Source of the DNA: Candidatus Eremiobacteria bacterium
Lineage (GTDB): Bacteria > Vulcanimicrobiota > Vulcanimicrobiia > Vulcanimicrobiales > Vulcanimicrobiaceae
Assembly: GCA_963758295.1 (NCBI GenBank)
Contig: CAVWUU010000004.1
Coordinates: forward strand, 480,001-544,000
Length of the DNA stretch: 64,000 nucleotides
Reading direction: 5' to 3'
Positions 19,803-30,251 of this stretch are shown piece by piece. The translations under genes were made by a program, and so were the position numbers. The notes below the pieces were generated by a model. That model saw nothing but the letters and a program-made list of their open reading frames with translations. It made no database searches and was not told the origin of the DNA. Numbering within the stretch: position 1 is the stretch's first letter; each line of letters opens with the position of its first letter.

Positions 19803-22800
19803 TTACGGCTCGGGTGACGGACTTGCGACGGGTGCAGCGGCCGGCGGCCGTTGGGGACGAACGATGTACAAGCCGAGCGCCTTCGCGTAGTTGACTTCGG
19901 GTGTCATGTAACCGTCGTAGCCGCGTTTGAGCAGGTCGTCCGGCGCTGCTGCCGCGACGCGGCCGCACATCAACAACGCGCCAACCATCGCCGGATCGCC
20001 CGGTACCAGTTCGTAGAACACGTTTCCGCCCTTCGCTTGGTGCGACGAGACCGTCCAGAGCGACGGTTTTACACCATTCGCAAAATAATTTTGCAATTGC
20101 GCGAGGCCTTGGGTAGCCATGTTGCGCAGGTCCGGCGTACAGGTGTCGGCCGCGGTGCGTACTTGGAACGGCTTCGACGGCGGTGACGAAGGCAATGCGT
20201 AGACGCGGAAGCTTTCCTGGCCGGCTTGCGCCTGACGGAACATTACGTAGAGACCGGTTTCCGGCATGAACGTGATTTGCGGTGCGGCAAAGACGCCGTT
20301 CTGCGGCGCGTAAAGGTGCCGCGAGGTGAGATCATCGGGCTGCGCCATGTGCATGGAGAAGCAACCGATGTACGCGCGCATTGCCGTATTACCGCGACCG
20401 TTGCCGCGCGCAGTGCCTGCATTTGAGCCACGTGCAGACGGCGACGGGCTTGGTGCAGCCGCCTGTTCCGACGCGAGGCGTGCCTGCGGCAGCGCGCCCA
20501 GTTTCGGCACGATGGTCAATGCATACGTCGAACCCATGCCGTGATACGTCACCGTCGCATCATCGAGTTGCGGCGACGGCATCGAAGAGGGATAGCCCGC
20601 CGCCGTCTTCGACGCTTCGATTTGAGTTTGATAGGCTTTCAGTTCGCCGGAGATCTTTTGCGCGACGGCCTGAGCGTCGCTCGTGCACAGTTGCGACGCG
20701 GTGTTCACATCGAACGGCGCAGCGGGCGGCGCTGAAGGGAGCGGCTGCAGCAAGTTGCGGAATCCGCCTCCGCGGCCGTTTCCGCCGCCGCCGCCCGGAC
20801 CACCCGGTCCGCCGGGGGCTTCCGGCCCGCCGCGACCGCCGAAGCCGCGTTCGCCGCGGCCAATCGACGGCATCGACGGTTGCGAGAGCGTCTGCGCACC
20901 GGATCCGAACTTCAAGGAATAGGTGAACGGAATAGGTACGCGGCGTGAGCGGACGAGCGACGGTTGCGATGGTCGTGCCGTTCGCCGTGTAGTACGGCAG
21001 CGAGTTCGCGGGACTCGCGAAGATGCCGCCGTAGGCATTCGTGATATTACTCGCGGCGATTGTAAGCGTTCCCTTAGTTAAGTTGCGCGCTTACGCCCGC
21101 ATCGAAAGTGGTGTACGCAGGCAAATTGTTGGGGTTGTTCTTCGCGGTAAATTGGGCGTCGGCGAGCCACTCCAGCATCGAGTGCGGCGATTTGTAGTCC
21201 AGCACTAAACCGGCCTTTTGCATGGGCACGTTCGGCAACTGTTGGCCCGAGATCGTGATGGAGTACGGATTGTCGATGCGCGGATCGTTGGAGATTGCTT
21301 TAGAGATGTTGACGTTGTAATACGGCTGTACGACGAGGTTACCGAACGTCAGGAACCCGCCGATCGACCCGCCCTCGTACATCCGCCGAACGTTGCCCAC
21401 GGGCGAACTGAAGTACAGCTGGCTTGCGTTGAACGGCGTTGCGGCCGAAGCGCCGCATCCGGCCGGCGAGTCGTAAAGCGCTTGCACCTGCCCCAGATAC
21501 GAGGGAGAAATCGTCCCGTTTGCCACGAGCGCGGTGCCGTTGACCTGGACCGGCAGAACGACGCCGTTTTGCGTTTGGCGATACAACTGGAAGTTCAAGT
21601 TTCCGCCGTGGAACGAGCGGGTGTAGCCGACGCGCTCGGAAACCGACGAACTGCCTTCGGGCTCGTCGCCGGGCGCGTTTCCGTATGCCACGTTCCCGTT
21701 GCAATCGAAGCGCAGTGAGGCAGGGTCGGTAAGAATCGTCGAACGGCTCGGCGAGGCAGCGACGCCGCCCAACGAATAGGATCCGGTAAACGCGTCGACG
21801 TTCGTCGGGCGCCATGCTGCGCCCAAGCTTCCGAGCACGCTCGACTGCGATCCCGTCGCGCGGCTTGCGCCGAAGGATTCGCTCAGCGTGAGCTTGTCGT
21901 TCGAATGCACGCTGTCGGTGACTTGCAGCGCGGAGTAGTTCGTGTTCTGCAAACCGGTATAGTAGGGGCGCGCCGAATCGACGAGCGGAGTTGTCGTAAG
22001 GTCGCTCCAGGTTCCGTAACTCTGGATAGAAATCGTGTGCCGCTCGCGCGCCGGCAGCGTGGCGTTCACCGTGAAGCCGTGCGAAGCAGAGTCAGTCGAG
22101 TAGCCGATCGGCGAAGCCTCGCCGTTCACGAAACGGTTCAATTCATCTTGGAGGTTGCTGAAGACATCGGAGTACACTGATGCCTGAATCGTCGTTTCGC
22201 CGACGAGCGCATTGTCCATGAGCGAGTACATTTGCATGTTGCCGTTCGTCGTGTTGTTCGGACCGTATCCGCAAGGCAGCTCGCCGGTAATGCGCAGGCA
22301 GACAAGGTTCGTCGAACGGTTGGAGTCCATGAACGTGCCGGTCAGCGTTTGTGAATCGCTGAACTGATAGCGTAGTTTGGCGAGATTGCCGTAGATCTTC
22401 GAATCGCCGTTGTGCGAATAGTCCAGGCCGCTGGCGTCGGCATACGTCTCGCCGTCCACGAAGCTGGGATTTGCGCGGTAGGTCGTTTGCGCGGCAATGC
22501 CGAGCTTCCCGACCGATCCGCTTTCGGCCACCGAGTAGTTGTTACGGCCGTTGCTTCCTACCGAGACGGAGTCGGTCGAGAGCCAGCTCAGCGTTGGCTG
22601 GATCGTCGAGAAGTTCACGCCGCCGCCGAGGCCGCCGAGTTGCGGTCCGTTGTGTACCGATGCGCCGCTGAAAAGATCGGTGGCGAAGGAGCCGAGATTG
22701 CCGGCGGAACCAGGGGCATTCAGCGGAATGCCGTCCAGCGTCAACTGGGTTTGGCTCGCATCGTGGCCTTCGAGCGACACGGTTTGCGTCGCGTCGCTAT

Positions 22801-23293
22801 CATCGCTCGACGTAGAAACGGAAACGCCGGAAAGTTTATTCAGTGCGTCGGACAGATCGTTCGAAAGTTTGCGTTGCGCAGAATCGGGGCCGATTGACGA
22901 GGTTGAGATGACGGCCGAGGAACGCGCGACGACGGTCCCGATCACTTTCAAACTCGTGGACAACGCAAGTGACACGTTCACGGTGACGTAGCGGCCGTTC
23001 ACCACCTCGAAAGGCACCGACGTTACTAGCTGGTAACCGCTCTTCGCAATGCGCGCGCGATAGATGCCGTCCGGAACGTCGGTAAAGAGCACCTGTCCGT
23101 TTTGGCGCGTCAACTCACTCGTAATAACGGGGCCGTCCAAGACGACGCGAGCTAGATCGATCGGTAGTTTTGCCGACTCGTCCGTGACGACGATTCGAAT
23201 CTGTCCGCTGTCGCTTTGCGCCCATCCCGGCGACGGGAGGATCGTGAGCGCCACAAATATGGAAAAAAGAGCTGCGAAGGTTCGACGCACCAT
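19803..23293 (-). CDS. TBDR-like outer-membrane protein with C-terminal extension; two 1-nt insertions (~21079, ~20927)
   Basis: Signal peptide, carboxypeptidase-regulatory-like domain, plug (LNKLSGVSV, LDGIPLN); corrected frame ...AQLTKGTLTIAASNITNAY...PRTYSVTYSLKFG continues into ORF 19803-21038. Confidence 0.72.
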
Positions 23294-23317
23294 GGTTTTA
23301 GATTTTCACTTGCCCGG

Positions 23318-23335
23318 CTGATAAAAAGCTGAATT
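23318..23335 (-). promoter_or_regulatory. Candidate OmpR-family direct-repeat site upstream of TBDR
   Basis: CTGATAA and CTGAATT at 11-bp period, similar to the repeat upstream of the response regulator. Confidence 0.35.
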
Positions 23336-23337
23336 CC

Positions 23338-24746
23338 TTACAAGGTAATCGTTACGGTCGTTCCGCGCGCGGGAGCGCTCGACAAGCGGATCGTTCCGCC
23401 GGCCCTTTCCACGGCTCGCTTGCTATTGCGAGTCCCAGGCCGCTCCCAGCAATTTCGCCGCGCTGATCGCCGCGATAGAAACGTTCGAACGCGTGCAGTT
23501 GTTCCGACTCGGTCATCCCGGGACCCTCGTCGGCGACCGTAATGGTGGTATGGCCGGCGTTCGCGCCTGCCGCCAAGTGAATGGGTGCCTCCGGCGCATA
23601 TTTCAAGGCATTTTCGACGATGTTCCAAATGGCGTCGCCTAGCTCAACGCGGTCGCCGACGATCGATCTTACGCCATCGACGCTGTAGTCGACGATCCTG
23701 GCTGTCGTCAAGGCGTTTTGCCGCATCGACCTGACTGCGAAGCAGCTCCGACAAATCGATCGTTTCCACGCGAGGAGGCGTGTCCGAATCGAGCCGTGCC
23801 AAGCGCATGAGCCGGTCGATGAGCGTCCGCATGTGTTCTTTCTCGAACGCCATGGTGGCGAGAATCTGACGCGCTATCGTCGGCTCCTCGATTGCGCCCC
23901 GACGCAACACGTCGATGTAGCCGCCGATTACGGTAAGCGGCGTACGAAGTTCGTGTCCCGCATCGGCGACGAATTGCCGCATGCGTTCTTCCGTCCGCTG
24001 CCGTTCGCCATGGCCCCTGCGACGTTTGCTGCAGCGTCGTTATAGGCGGCGGTCAGGGTGCCGATTTCGTCGCCGCCCGGCGCCAAAAAGCGTCGCTGCG
24101 TAAAGTCGCCTTCCGCAAGCGCGCGAAGCGCGTCGGTGACGTCGGCGATTGGGCGCAGGGCCTGGCGCGCGAAAAAGCGCCCGATGAACCAGGAAAGCAC
24201 GATCGAAATTACCGCGAGCGTAACGACGACGCGCCAATACGGTAAGAGCGAAACGAGCAACAGCGGCAACGAAGGTGAGAACGCGACAAAACCGCCGTCC
24301 ACCGCCGTGAGCGCAAACGGCTCCGCGGGCCCGATGGCACGATAACCGCCCGGATGCTGCATCTCCATTGCTTCGCCTAACCGGCTCGTGGGTTCGGGCG
24401 GCGGCAACTCTTCTTTGCCGCTTAGCACAGCATTCAGAACGGGTGGACGAAGCGTCTTATCGCCGGCCAAAAAGCGTCCGCGCTTGTCGAATACCGCGAC
24501 GCGCAAACCGATGCCGCTCAGAGCGTTGACGATTTCCGGCGCGGCTTGCTGGAGCGAGAGCCCCTCGGCTTTGTACTGCTCGGTGAGTATGCGCGCTTCT
24601 TCGTGCTTTGCGATAACGATGTCGCTCGTAAAGTTCGTCAGTTCCATGACGAGCGCGATGCTCGAGGCGAGAATGACGAGCAGAATCGTAATACCAAGAA
24701 GCGTCGCGTACAACCACGACAGCCGGGATGCGAGAGATTGCTTCAT
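23338..24746 (-). CDS. HAMP sensor histidine kinase; three frameshifts (~24005, ~23700, ~23420)
   Basis: TM-HAMP, then DAGHELRTPL H-box, ENALKY and GSGLGLAI in successive frames. Confidence 0.8.
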
Positions 24747-24749
24747 GCG

Positions 24750-25429
24750 TTACTGCGAAAGCCCGTAACCGACGCCGCGAACCGTGCGGATGAAAGAGCC
24801 GGGTTCGCCGGGCCGGTCGATCTTCGAACGCAAGTACGAGATATACGTTTCGACGATGTTCGGGCCGCCTTCGAAATCGTGACCCCATACGATCTCGAGC
24901 AGATGATCTTTGCTGAAGACGCGCCGCGGCTCGCGCATGAAACACCGAAAGCAAATCGAACTCTCGCTGCGTCAGATCGATTGATTCTTTGCCTCGCCAG
25001 GCTTCGCGCGTGGACGGGTTCACGGACACATCGTGCCAGCGAACGATATTTTCTTCGATGAGTTGCGGGCGCCGCAGCTTGGCTTGCAAGCGTGCAATGA
25101 GCTCTTCGAACACAAACGGCTTCACCAAATAGTCGTCTGCGCCGGCGCTCAAACTCGCAACTTTTCCTTCGGTATCGCCCTTGGCGGTTAGCATGAGGAT
25201 CGGCGCTTGCGTGAGTTCGCGGAGCTTTGGCAGCAACGTAATACCGTCGATTTTCGGCATCATGATGTCGAGAACGATCACTTCGGGATCGAAGCGACTG
25301 TACGAGGTCCAGCGCCGCACTACCGTCGGCGGCCGTCTCGACTTGATAGCCTTCGCGAGAAAGCCCCAGTTGGAGCATTTCGCGAATCATGCGGTCGTCG
25401 TCGATCACGGCGACACGAGCGTTGAACAT
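24750..25429 (-). CDS. OmpR/MprA-family response regulator; two frameshifts (~25297, ~24940)
   Basis: VIDDD, LDIMMP, GADDYLVKPF and VETYISYLRSKID...TVRGVGY spread over three frames. Confidence 0.82.
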
Positions 25430-25465
25430 ACCGAGCATTTCTACGGCATATCATCGCGCCTACCC

Positions 25466-25483
25466 CTGAAAGGCAACTGAAAG
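25466..25483 (-). promoter_or_regulatory. Direct-repeat operator (CTTTCAG-N4-CTTTCAG), candidate autoregulatory OmpR-type box
   Basis: Perfect 7-bp repeat at 11-bp period just upstream of the response regulator. Confidence 0.5.
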
Positions 25484-25486
25484 AAA

Positions 25487-25942
25487 TCAAGCGGCGTGCA
25501 GTGGTGAATGCCAGCGGCGATATGTTCCTCCGGAGATGAGCGCCGCTTGACGGATCGCTTCTAAGGGGTGGGAAATGAGCGTCACGCCCGAGCGGCGCAA
25601 TCCGGCGACAAGGACGTCATCCGGGAACCACCGCGCGAACAAGTGCACTTCCGCCGTACCTGCCGCCTCGGCTAGAAGGGCGAGGACGTCGGCGAGGCTG
25701 CATTCGACCCGGGTGAGGAGCCGCTCGACGACTTCAGTGCGGAATCGCGGGCCGTTCCACCCGGCCGCCATGACGAGGACCTTCGAAAGATCCGCTGCCT
25801 CCGTCGACTCGAAGTCGACGAGAGCCGCTTTTACGTTGGCCGCGATCAGCGGATCGGTCTGCGCGTGCAGCGTAGCCCCTGCGATCGTTGCGTGCGGGCC
25901 GGCCGTGAGGAGGGCGCCGGAACCGATGACGTAGTCGTTCAT
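25487..25942 (-). CDS. Hypothetical protein
   Basis: 151-aa ORF with ATG and AAGGG SD, fills the intergenic space. Confidence 0.6.
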   Translation of the reverse strand: MNDYVIGSGALLTAGPHATIAGATLHAQTDPLIAANVKAALVDFESTEAADLSKVLVMAAGWNGPRFRTEVVERLLTRVECSLADVLALLAEAAGTAEVHLFARWFPDDVLVAGLRRSGVTLISHPLEAIRQAALISGGTYRRWHSPLHAA

Positions 25943-25984
25943 GCCCTTAGGATCGCACCGGCGAATGCCAACTGCATGGCATTC

Positions 25985-26016
25985 AAAAATAAAGAGGCGC
26001 CGCTAATCGGCGCCTC
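25985..26016 (-). terminator. Intrinsic terminator after HD-GYP gene
   Basis: GAGGCGCCG-attag-CGGCGCCTC followed by TTTATTTTT on minus strand. Confidence 0.75.
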
Positions 26017-26058
26017 CGCCCACACCCGGTCGCGGGTTTTTCCCTCGAGCGCCGGACG

Positions 26059-27045
26059 TTACGCCGAGGAAAGGTGAAGGTTCGCGTGCGACACGATCGG
26101 CGTTCGCTTTGCGAACATGCCAAGCATCGCGTCGACGACGTCGGGATCCCATTGACGGCCGCGGCCCGCTTCGAGAATCGCAAGCGCTTGCCGCGGAGGG
26201 ATCGGATTGCGGTACGGACGCTCGCTGATCATCGCGTGGAACGCGTCGGCCACGGCCACGATGCGGGCTTCGAGCGGGATGCTCGTGCCGGCCAAGCCGT
26301 CGGGATAGCCGGCACCGTCGTACCGCTCGTGGTGAGCACGAACGATGAGCGAGCAGCGTTGCAGCGTCGGAATTTGATTGAGCACTCGTGCGCCGGCAGC
26401 GGCGTGTTCCCGCATGATGTCCCACTCGTCGGGGGTCAGCGGCCCGTTCTTCAGCAGAATGGAATCGGGCGTCGAAATCTTGCCGATGTCGTGCAGCAGG
26501 GCGCAGAGCGAGATGAACTCGGCCATCTCTTCATGGCATCCCATGGCGAGAGCAAGGCGGCGCGCCCATTCGGCGGTCGCTTTGGAGTGACAGCACGTCC
26601 CATGATCGCGTTCGGACAACATGGCGAGCAGGGCGTTTGTACTTTCGGAATAGCCCGCTTCCCCATGCTCTTCCACTTCGGCGCCGAGGGCGCCGCGCTC
26701 GATTTCCCGTACGAGGACGTCTAGAAACGCCAGCAGGCGACCGTGTTCGACGTCGAACGGCGCGGCCGCAAGAGCGATCGCGTGGACGGCGGCGGCGGAC
26801 ACATCGATAACGCCGGCCTTCCCTAGGGCGGCGGTTTCGCGTTCAGACCAGCTCAGCAAACCGACTGGCTTCGCCAGAGTAAGAGACAGACAAAGCCGGT
26901 CCAGCAAGACTTCTAAGACTTGCTCCGTGCGGCGGTGGCTGGCAAGCGAGGACAAGGTAACGTGCTCGAACGCTTTATGCGCGAGCGCAGAGAGATCTTG
27001 CCCAAGAGCGGCTCCCAGAGCCGAAAGCGTACGAACCGAGGACAT
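26059..27045 (-). CDS. HD-GYP domain phosphodiesterase with helical N-terminal domain
   Basis: LLHDIGK, HHERYDGAGYP, VADAFHAM and RPYR motifs; ATG 27045 inferred. Confidence 0.88.
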   Translation of the reverse strand: MSSVRTLSALGAALGQDLSALAHKAFEHVTLSSLASHRRTEQVLEVLLDRLCLSLTLAKPVGLLSWSERETAALGKAGVIDVSAAAVHAIALAAAPFDVEHGRLLAFLDVLVREIERGALGAEVEEHGEAGYSESTNALLAMLSERDHGTCCHSKATAEWARRLALAMGCHEEMAEFISLCALLHDIGKISTPDSILLKNGPLTPDEWDIMREHAAAGARVLNQIPTLQRCSLIVRAHHERYDGAGYPDGLAGTSIPLEARIVAVADAFHAMISERPYRNPIPPRQALAILEAGRGRQWDPDVVDAMLGMFAKRTPIVSHANLHLSSA

Positions 27046-27077
27046 TGATGGATACCGAAAGCGAAAAGCTGCTCGGG

Positions 27078-27146
27078 TTAGCCCATTCCGGTCGGGGGAT
27101 AGTTGCACGCGACGACAAAGGCGGCGATGGCGAGAAGGGTGATCAT
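27078..27146 (-). CDS. Unannotated 22-aa peptide MITLLAIAAFVVACNYPPTGMG (candidate exported/lipidated signal precursor)
   Basis: ATG...TAA; GAGGAAG SD about 10-12 nt upstream; hydrophobic N-terminus, lipobox-like VVAC, polar tail. Confidence 0.6.
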   Translation of the reverse strand: MITLLAIAAFVVACNYPPTGMG

Positions 27147-27192
27147 GTAATTTGGGCTTCCTCAATAAAAACGAGTTGTCTGCCCAAAAGAT

Positions 27193-27234
27193 AGCCTAGG
27201 CCAATCGGCCCGGTCCCTACTTAGTTTTAAGTAG
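27193..27234 (-). promoter_or_regulatory. Activator-dependent promoter: 18-bp palindrome CTACTTA-N4-TAAGTAG (27217-27234) plus -10 TAGGCT (27193-27198)
   Basis: Perfect 7-bp arms, NarL/LuxR-like; 18 nt from the -10, centred near -41. Confidence 0.6.
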
Positions 27235-27240
27235 AGCCGT

Positions 27241-29874
27241 TTACAGCGCGTCCTCCAAGTACCCCATGCGCCGTGCGGTCGCTATTGCTTCCGCTCTACC
27301 GTGACAGCCGAGCTTCTCTATCAGGTTTTGAATATGGGTCTGAACCGTATAAACGCTACGCTCCATCTCGGCTGCTATATCCTTGGTCGTTAAGCCGCTC
27401 GCCAAAGAGCGAATGATGCGGAGTTCCGAGGGTGTTAGCTTGATGAAGACCTCTTGGGTGTGCGACGACTCGACGTACGTGGCGCTCGCCCGCAGATAGC
27501 GCCCGTAGTTTCCGAAGCCGAAGCTTTCGAGAGCCGCGATTCGCAACGCGATATCGTCCGGCACGTAAGACGCGCTCTTCGCCGCGCGTGACAACTGCTC
27601 GACCGCCTCTCGCATGCATACCATCGCTTCGGTAGAGCAGATCGGCGGCCGCTTCAAGATTCGCTGCGCTGCCGTGTGGCGGCCGCTAAGGGCTTCCGCC
27701 ATCGCGCTCAGCAGCAACGCCGCTTCGTAAACGGCGCTGCCGTATTCCCCCGGTGAACCCGAGGGCAGCTTGTCGAGGACGCCTTCCACGGCCTCGGCGC
27801 TCTCCTTAGCTTTGGAGTTCAGGGCCAGGCACAAGGCGCGGAATGCCGCGGTCGCGGCACGATCGGCGGCATGCGCCGACCGTTCTTGGACGATGCCGAA
27901 GAGACGCGCGGCCTCCGCAAACTCTCCGTTCCACGCATGACGGTGGGCTTGGCTCGCCATGACGTATGGTGCGCGCATGGTGTCGCTCGGCCGGAGATCC
28001 GCCAGCTGACGCTCGATTTGGAGCGAGCGCTCGGCATTGCCGCGCTTGATTTCTTGCGCGAGCATTTGCAGGAGCGAGATCTGCAAATCAAAGTAATCGC
28101 CGGCTTTCGTAGCGGCGGCCGCTGCCTGCTGCGAATACCATGAAGCTAGGCTCGTATCGCCGTCGCCGAGCGCCGCACACGCGGAGAGCGCCTGATACGC
28201 GCGCGAGGCGAGACTCCAGAGGCCGCTCGACGACGCGAGCTCCGCGGCTTTTTCTTGATAGCTCTTCGCACGATCGATATCGCCGCTCTCCTGGCGCGCG
28301 AGGCCGATACGTTGCAAGAGTTTGGCGAGCAGCGGAACCTCGATCACGTCGTCGAGCGATCCCTCCACGACGGTGATGTTTGCGGCCGCGCGCTGAACGT
28401 CGCCCGTGCGCACCGCAAAGACCGCGAGCATTGCGCGCGCTTCCAGTTTCGTTGTATCAGGCGCGTCGCTTTCGAGCAGCGAAAGGAGCAGCTCGTTCGG
28501 ATCGCGTCCCTGATTGACCAAGAACATCGCGAGCCGCAAAACCAGGTCTGCGCGAACTCGCGGATCGCCGCCCAAGCGAATAGCACGCTGCAGATGACGT
28601 TCGCCGGAATCGTAGCGGCCGGCTGCGATTTCGAGGATTCCTTTGAGGCCGTTCAAGATCGCTTCGCGCGCGTGCATCGGCGGCGGAATCGCTTCCAACG
28701 CACGCGTCACGACGTCGCCATGCCCCTGCGTAATCAGATACATGCCGTGCGCGAGCAATAGCTGGACCATGTGTTCCGGGCTGCCGGCATCGACGAAAAG
28801 ATTCAGCGCCGCATCGAAGTCGCCGCGCTTCTGCAGCACGGCGCCGAGCGTTACCCGGCGTTCGAGCGCTACGCGCTTTCCTTGCAACGCCAATTGGTGC
28901 TGGACGAATTCACGGAACAGATCGTGCAGGCGATACCCGGCGGCGTGCTCGTGAATGAATGCAACGCGTTGACGCAAATCTTCGATCATCGCAGCGGCTC
29001 GATCGAAGCCCGCCTCGGTCATCACGTCGACGTTGATCTCGGAAAGCAGCGAAGCGCTCTCGATAAAGCAGCGTTCTTCTTCATTCAGCGTCGCGTAGAC
29101 TTGCTCGGCGAGATAACGGTAGATCATCTCGCGCGTCATCGTCGAGATGTTGCGCAGATCGATCGAACGCGTCGACGAACGCAGGGCGAAACTGATTGCC
29201 GTCGCCCAGCCGTCGGTCAAATGCAGAAGATCGTAAAGCTCTTCGTCTCGCACGCCCAGGCGGAACGTGCGCGCGGCTTCTTTCGCCTCGTCGACGGAAA
29301 ACTTCAGGTCGTGTTCGTCGATGGCAAGGTCGCTATCGCCATACGCGAGCCAGGTGCCGATCGGGAGACCGAGCGTCGAGCGCGACGCAATGATCCATTG
29401 CACGCGCCCCTTCGTGCGTTCGATGAGCGCGCTCAAGAAACGCGTCACTTCGCGGTCTTCTTGCGCCACGTGCAAATCGTCGATGGCGATGACGCCTCGA
29501 TATGACTTCACGTGGGAGTGCATCCAAAGGGCCAGGTCCGCGCCGGGATTGGCAGATCCGGCGTTCTTCTCGTAGGCGCCCGGCAACGTGGCGCGCGCGT
29601 CGGGAGCGATTTCGATCAGCGCGTCGGCGAAGCCGCGCAAAAAGCCGAGCAGTGCCCCGTGGTCGCTTCTCACGTCAAAGCGAACGCACGACTCCTTGCT
29701 TGCCTCCAAGAATTGAGCTAACGCCACCGACTTGCCGTATCCGGCAGGCGCTACGATCAGCACGACACGCTGCATTGCTGCAGACGCGATCCGATCGATT
29801 ACGCGACGGCGCACGATCGGTACAAAAACTCCGCCGGTCTCTATGGTGCCGTCGGAGCGAACGGGCCGGATCAT
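27241..29874 (-). CDS. MalT-like STAND transcriptional regulator (NTPase, TPR-like region, LuxR HTH)
   Basis: APAGYGKS Walker A, IDDLH, TDGWA, YRLHDLF; C-terminal LTPSELRI...TVQTHIQNLIEKLG. Confidence 0.88.
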   Translation of the reverse strand: MIRPVRSDGTIETGGVFVPIVRRRVIDRIASAAMQRVVLIVAPAGYGKSVALAQFLEASKESCVRFDVRSDHGALLGFLRGFADALIEIAPDARATLPGAYEKNAGSANPGADLALWMHSHVKSYRGVIAIDDLHVAQEDREVTRFLSALIERTKGRVQWIIASRSTLGLPIGTWLAYGDSDLAIDEHDLKFSVDEAKEAARTFRLGVRDEELYDLLHLTDGWATAISFALRSSTRSIDLRNISTMTREMIYRYLAEQVYATLNEEERCFIESASLLSEINVDVMTEAGFDRAAAMIEDLRQRVAFIHEHAAGYRLHDLFREFVQHQLALQGKRVALERRVTLGAVLQKRGDFDAALNLFVDAGSPEHMVQLLLAHGMYLITQGHGDVVTRALEAIPPPMHAREAILNGLKGILEIAAGRYDSGERHLQRAIRLGGDPRVRADLVLRLAMFLVNQGRDPNELLLSLLESDAPDTTKLEARAMLAVFAVRTGDVQRAAANITVVEGSLDDVIEVPLLAKLLQRIGLARQESGDIDRAKSYQEKAAELASSSGLWSLASRAYQALSACAALGDGDTSLASWYSQQAAAAATKAGDYFDLQISLLQMLAQEIKRGNAERSLQIERQLADLRPSDTMRAPYVMASQAHRHAWNGEFAEAARLFGIVQERSAHAADRAATAAFRALCLALNSKAKESAEAVEGVLDKLPSGSPGEYGSAVYEAALLLSAMAEALSGRHTAAQRILKRPPICSTEAMVCMREAVEQLSRAAKSASYVPDDIALRIAALESFGFGNYGRYLRASATYVESSHTQEVFIKLTPSELRIIRSLASGLTTKDIAAEMERSVYTVQTHIQNLIEKLGCHGRAEAIATARRMGYLEDAL

Positions 29875-29918
29875 CGAGGGTCTATGCGCTCCTGGGGAAT
29901 CCGGAAGGGCTTTGGGAC

Positions 29919-30251
29919 CTAGGCAAGAGTATCGAGCGGCGCACGATACTCGTCTTCGCCCTCATAATACCCTATTAGCTGCTCCTCGAGAAAGAGCATG
30001 TGCAACTGCCGGTCCAAACGAGCGTATGCCTCGGCGTTTTCAGAGCGGAAGCTCTCCCAAGCGGCCCGGTCTTCCCACACGTCGACGGTGAGGTAGATTG
30101 CGGGATCGCGCCTATGGCGGAATAACCGCGTCCTCACGTAGCCCGGTGATTGCCCGAACAGCTGGGCGAATGGGCCGCCGCTGCCATACGCATGTTCGAA
30201 GGCGCGTGCCTGGGACTGGTGCACGCGGTAGCGGTAAAACACCTCGATCAT
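29919..30251 (-). CDS. Antibiotic biosynthesis monooxygenase (ABM)-like protein
   Basis: AFEHAYG...PGYVRTRL...YLTVDVW. Confidence 0.7.
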   Translation of the reverse strand: MIEVFYRYRVHQSQARAFEHAYGSGGPFAQLFGQSPGYVRTRLFRHRRDPAIYLTVDVWEDRAAWESFRSENAEAYARLDRQLHMLFLEEQLIGYYEGEDEYRAPLDTLA

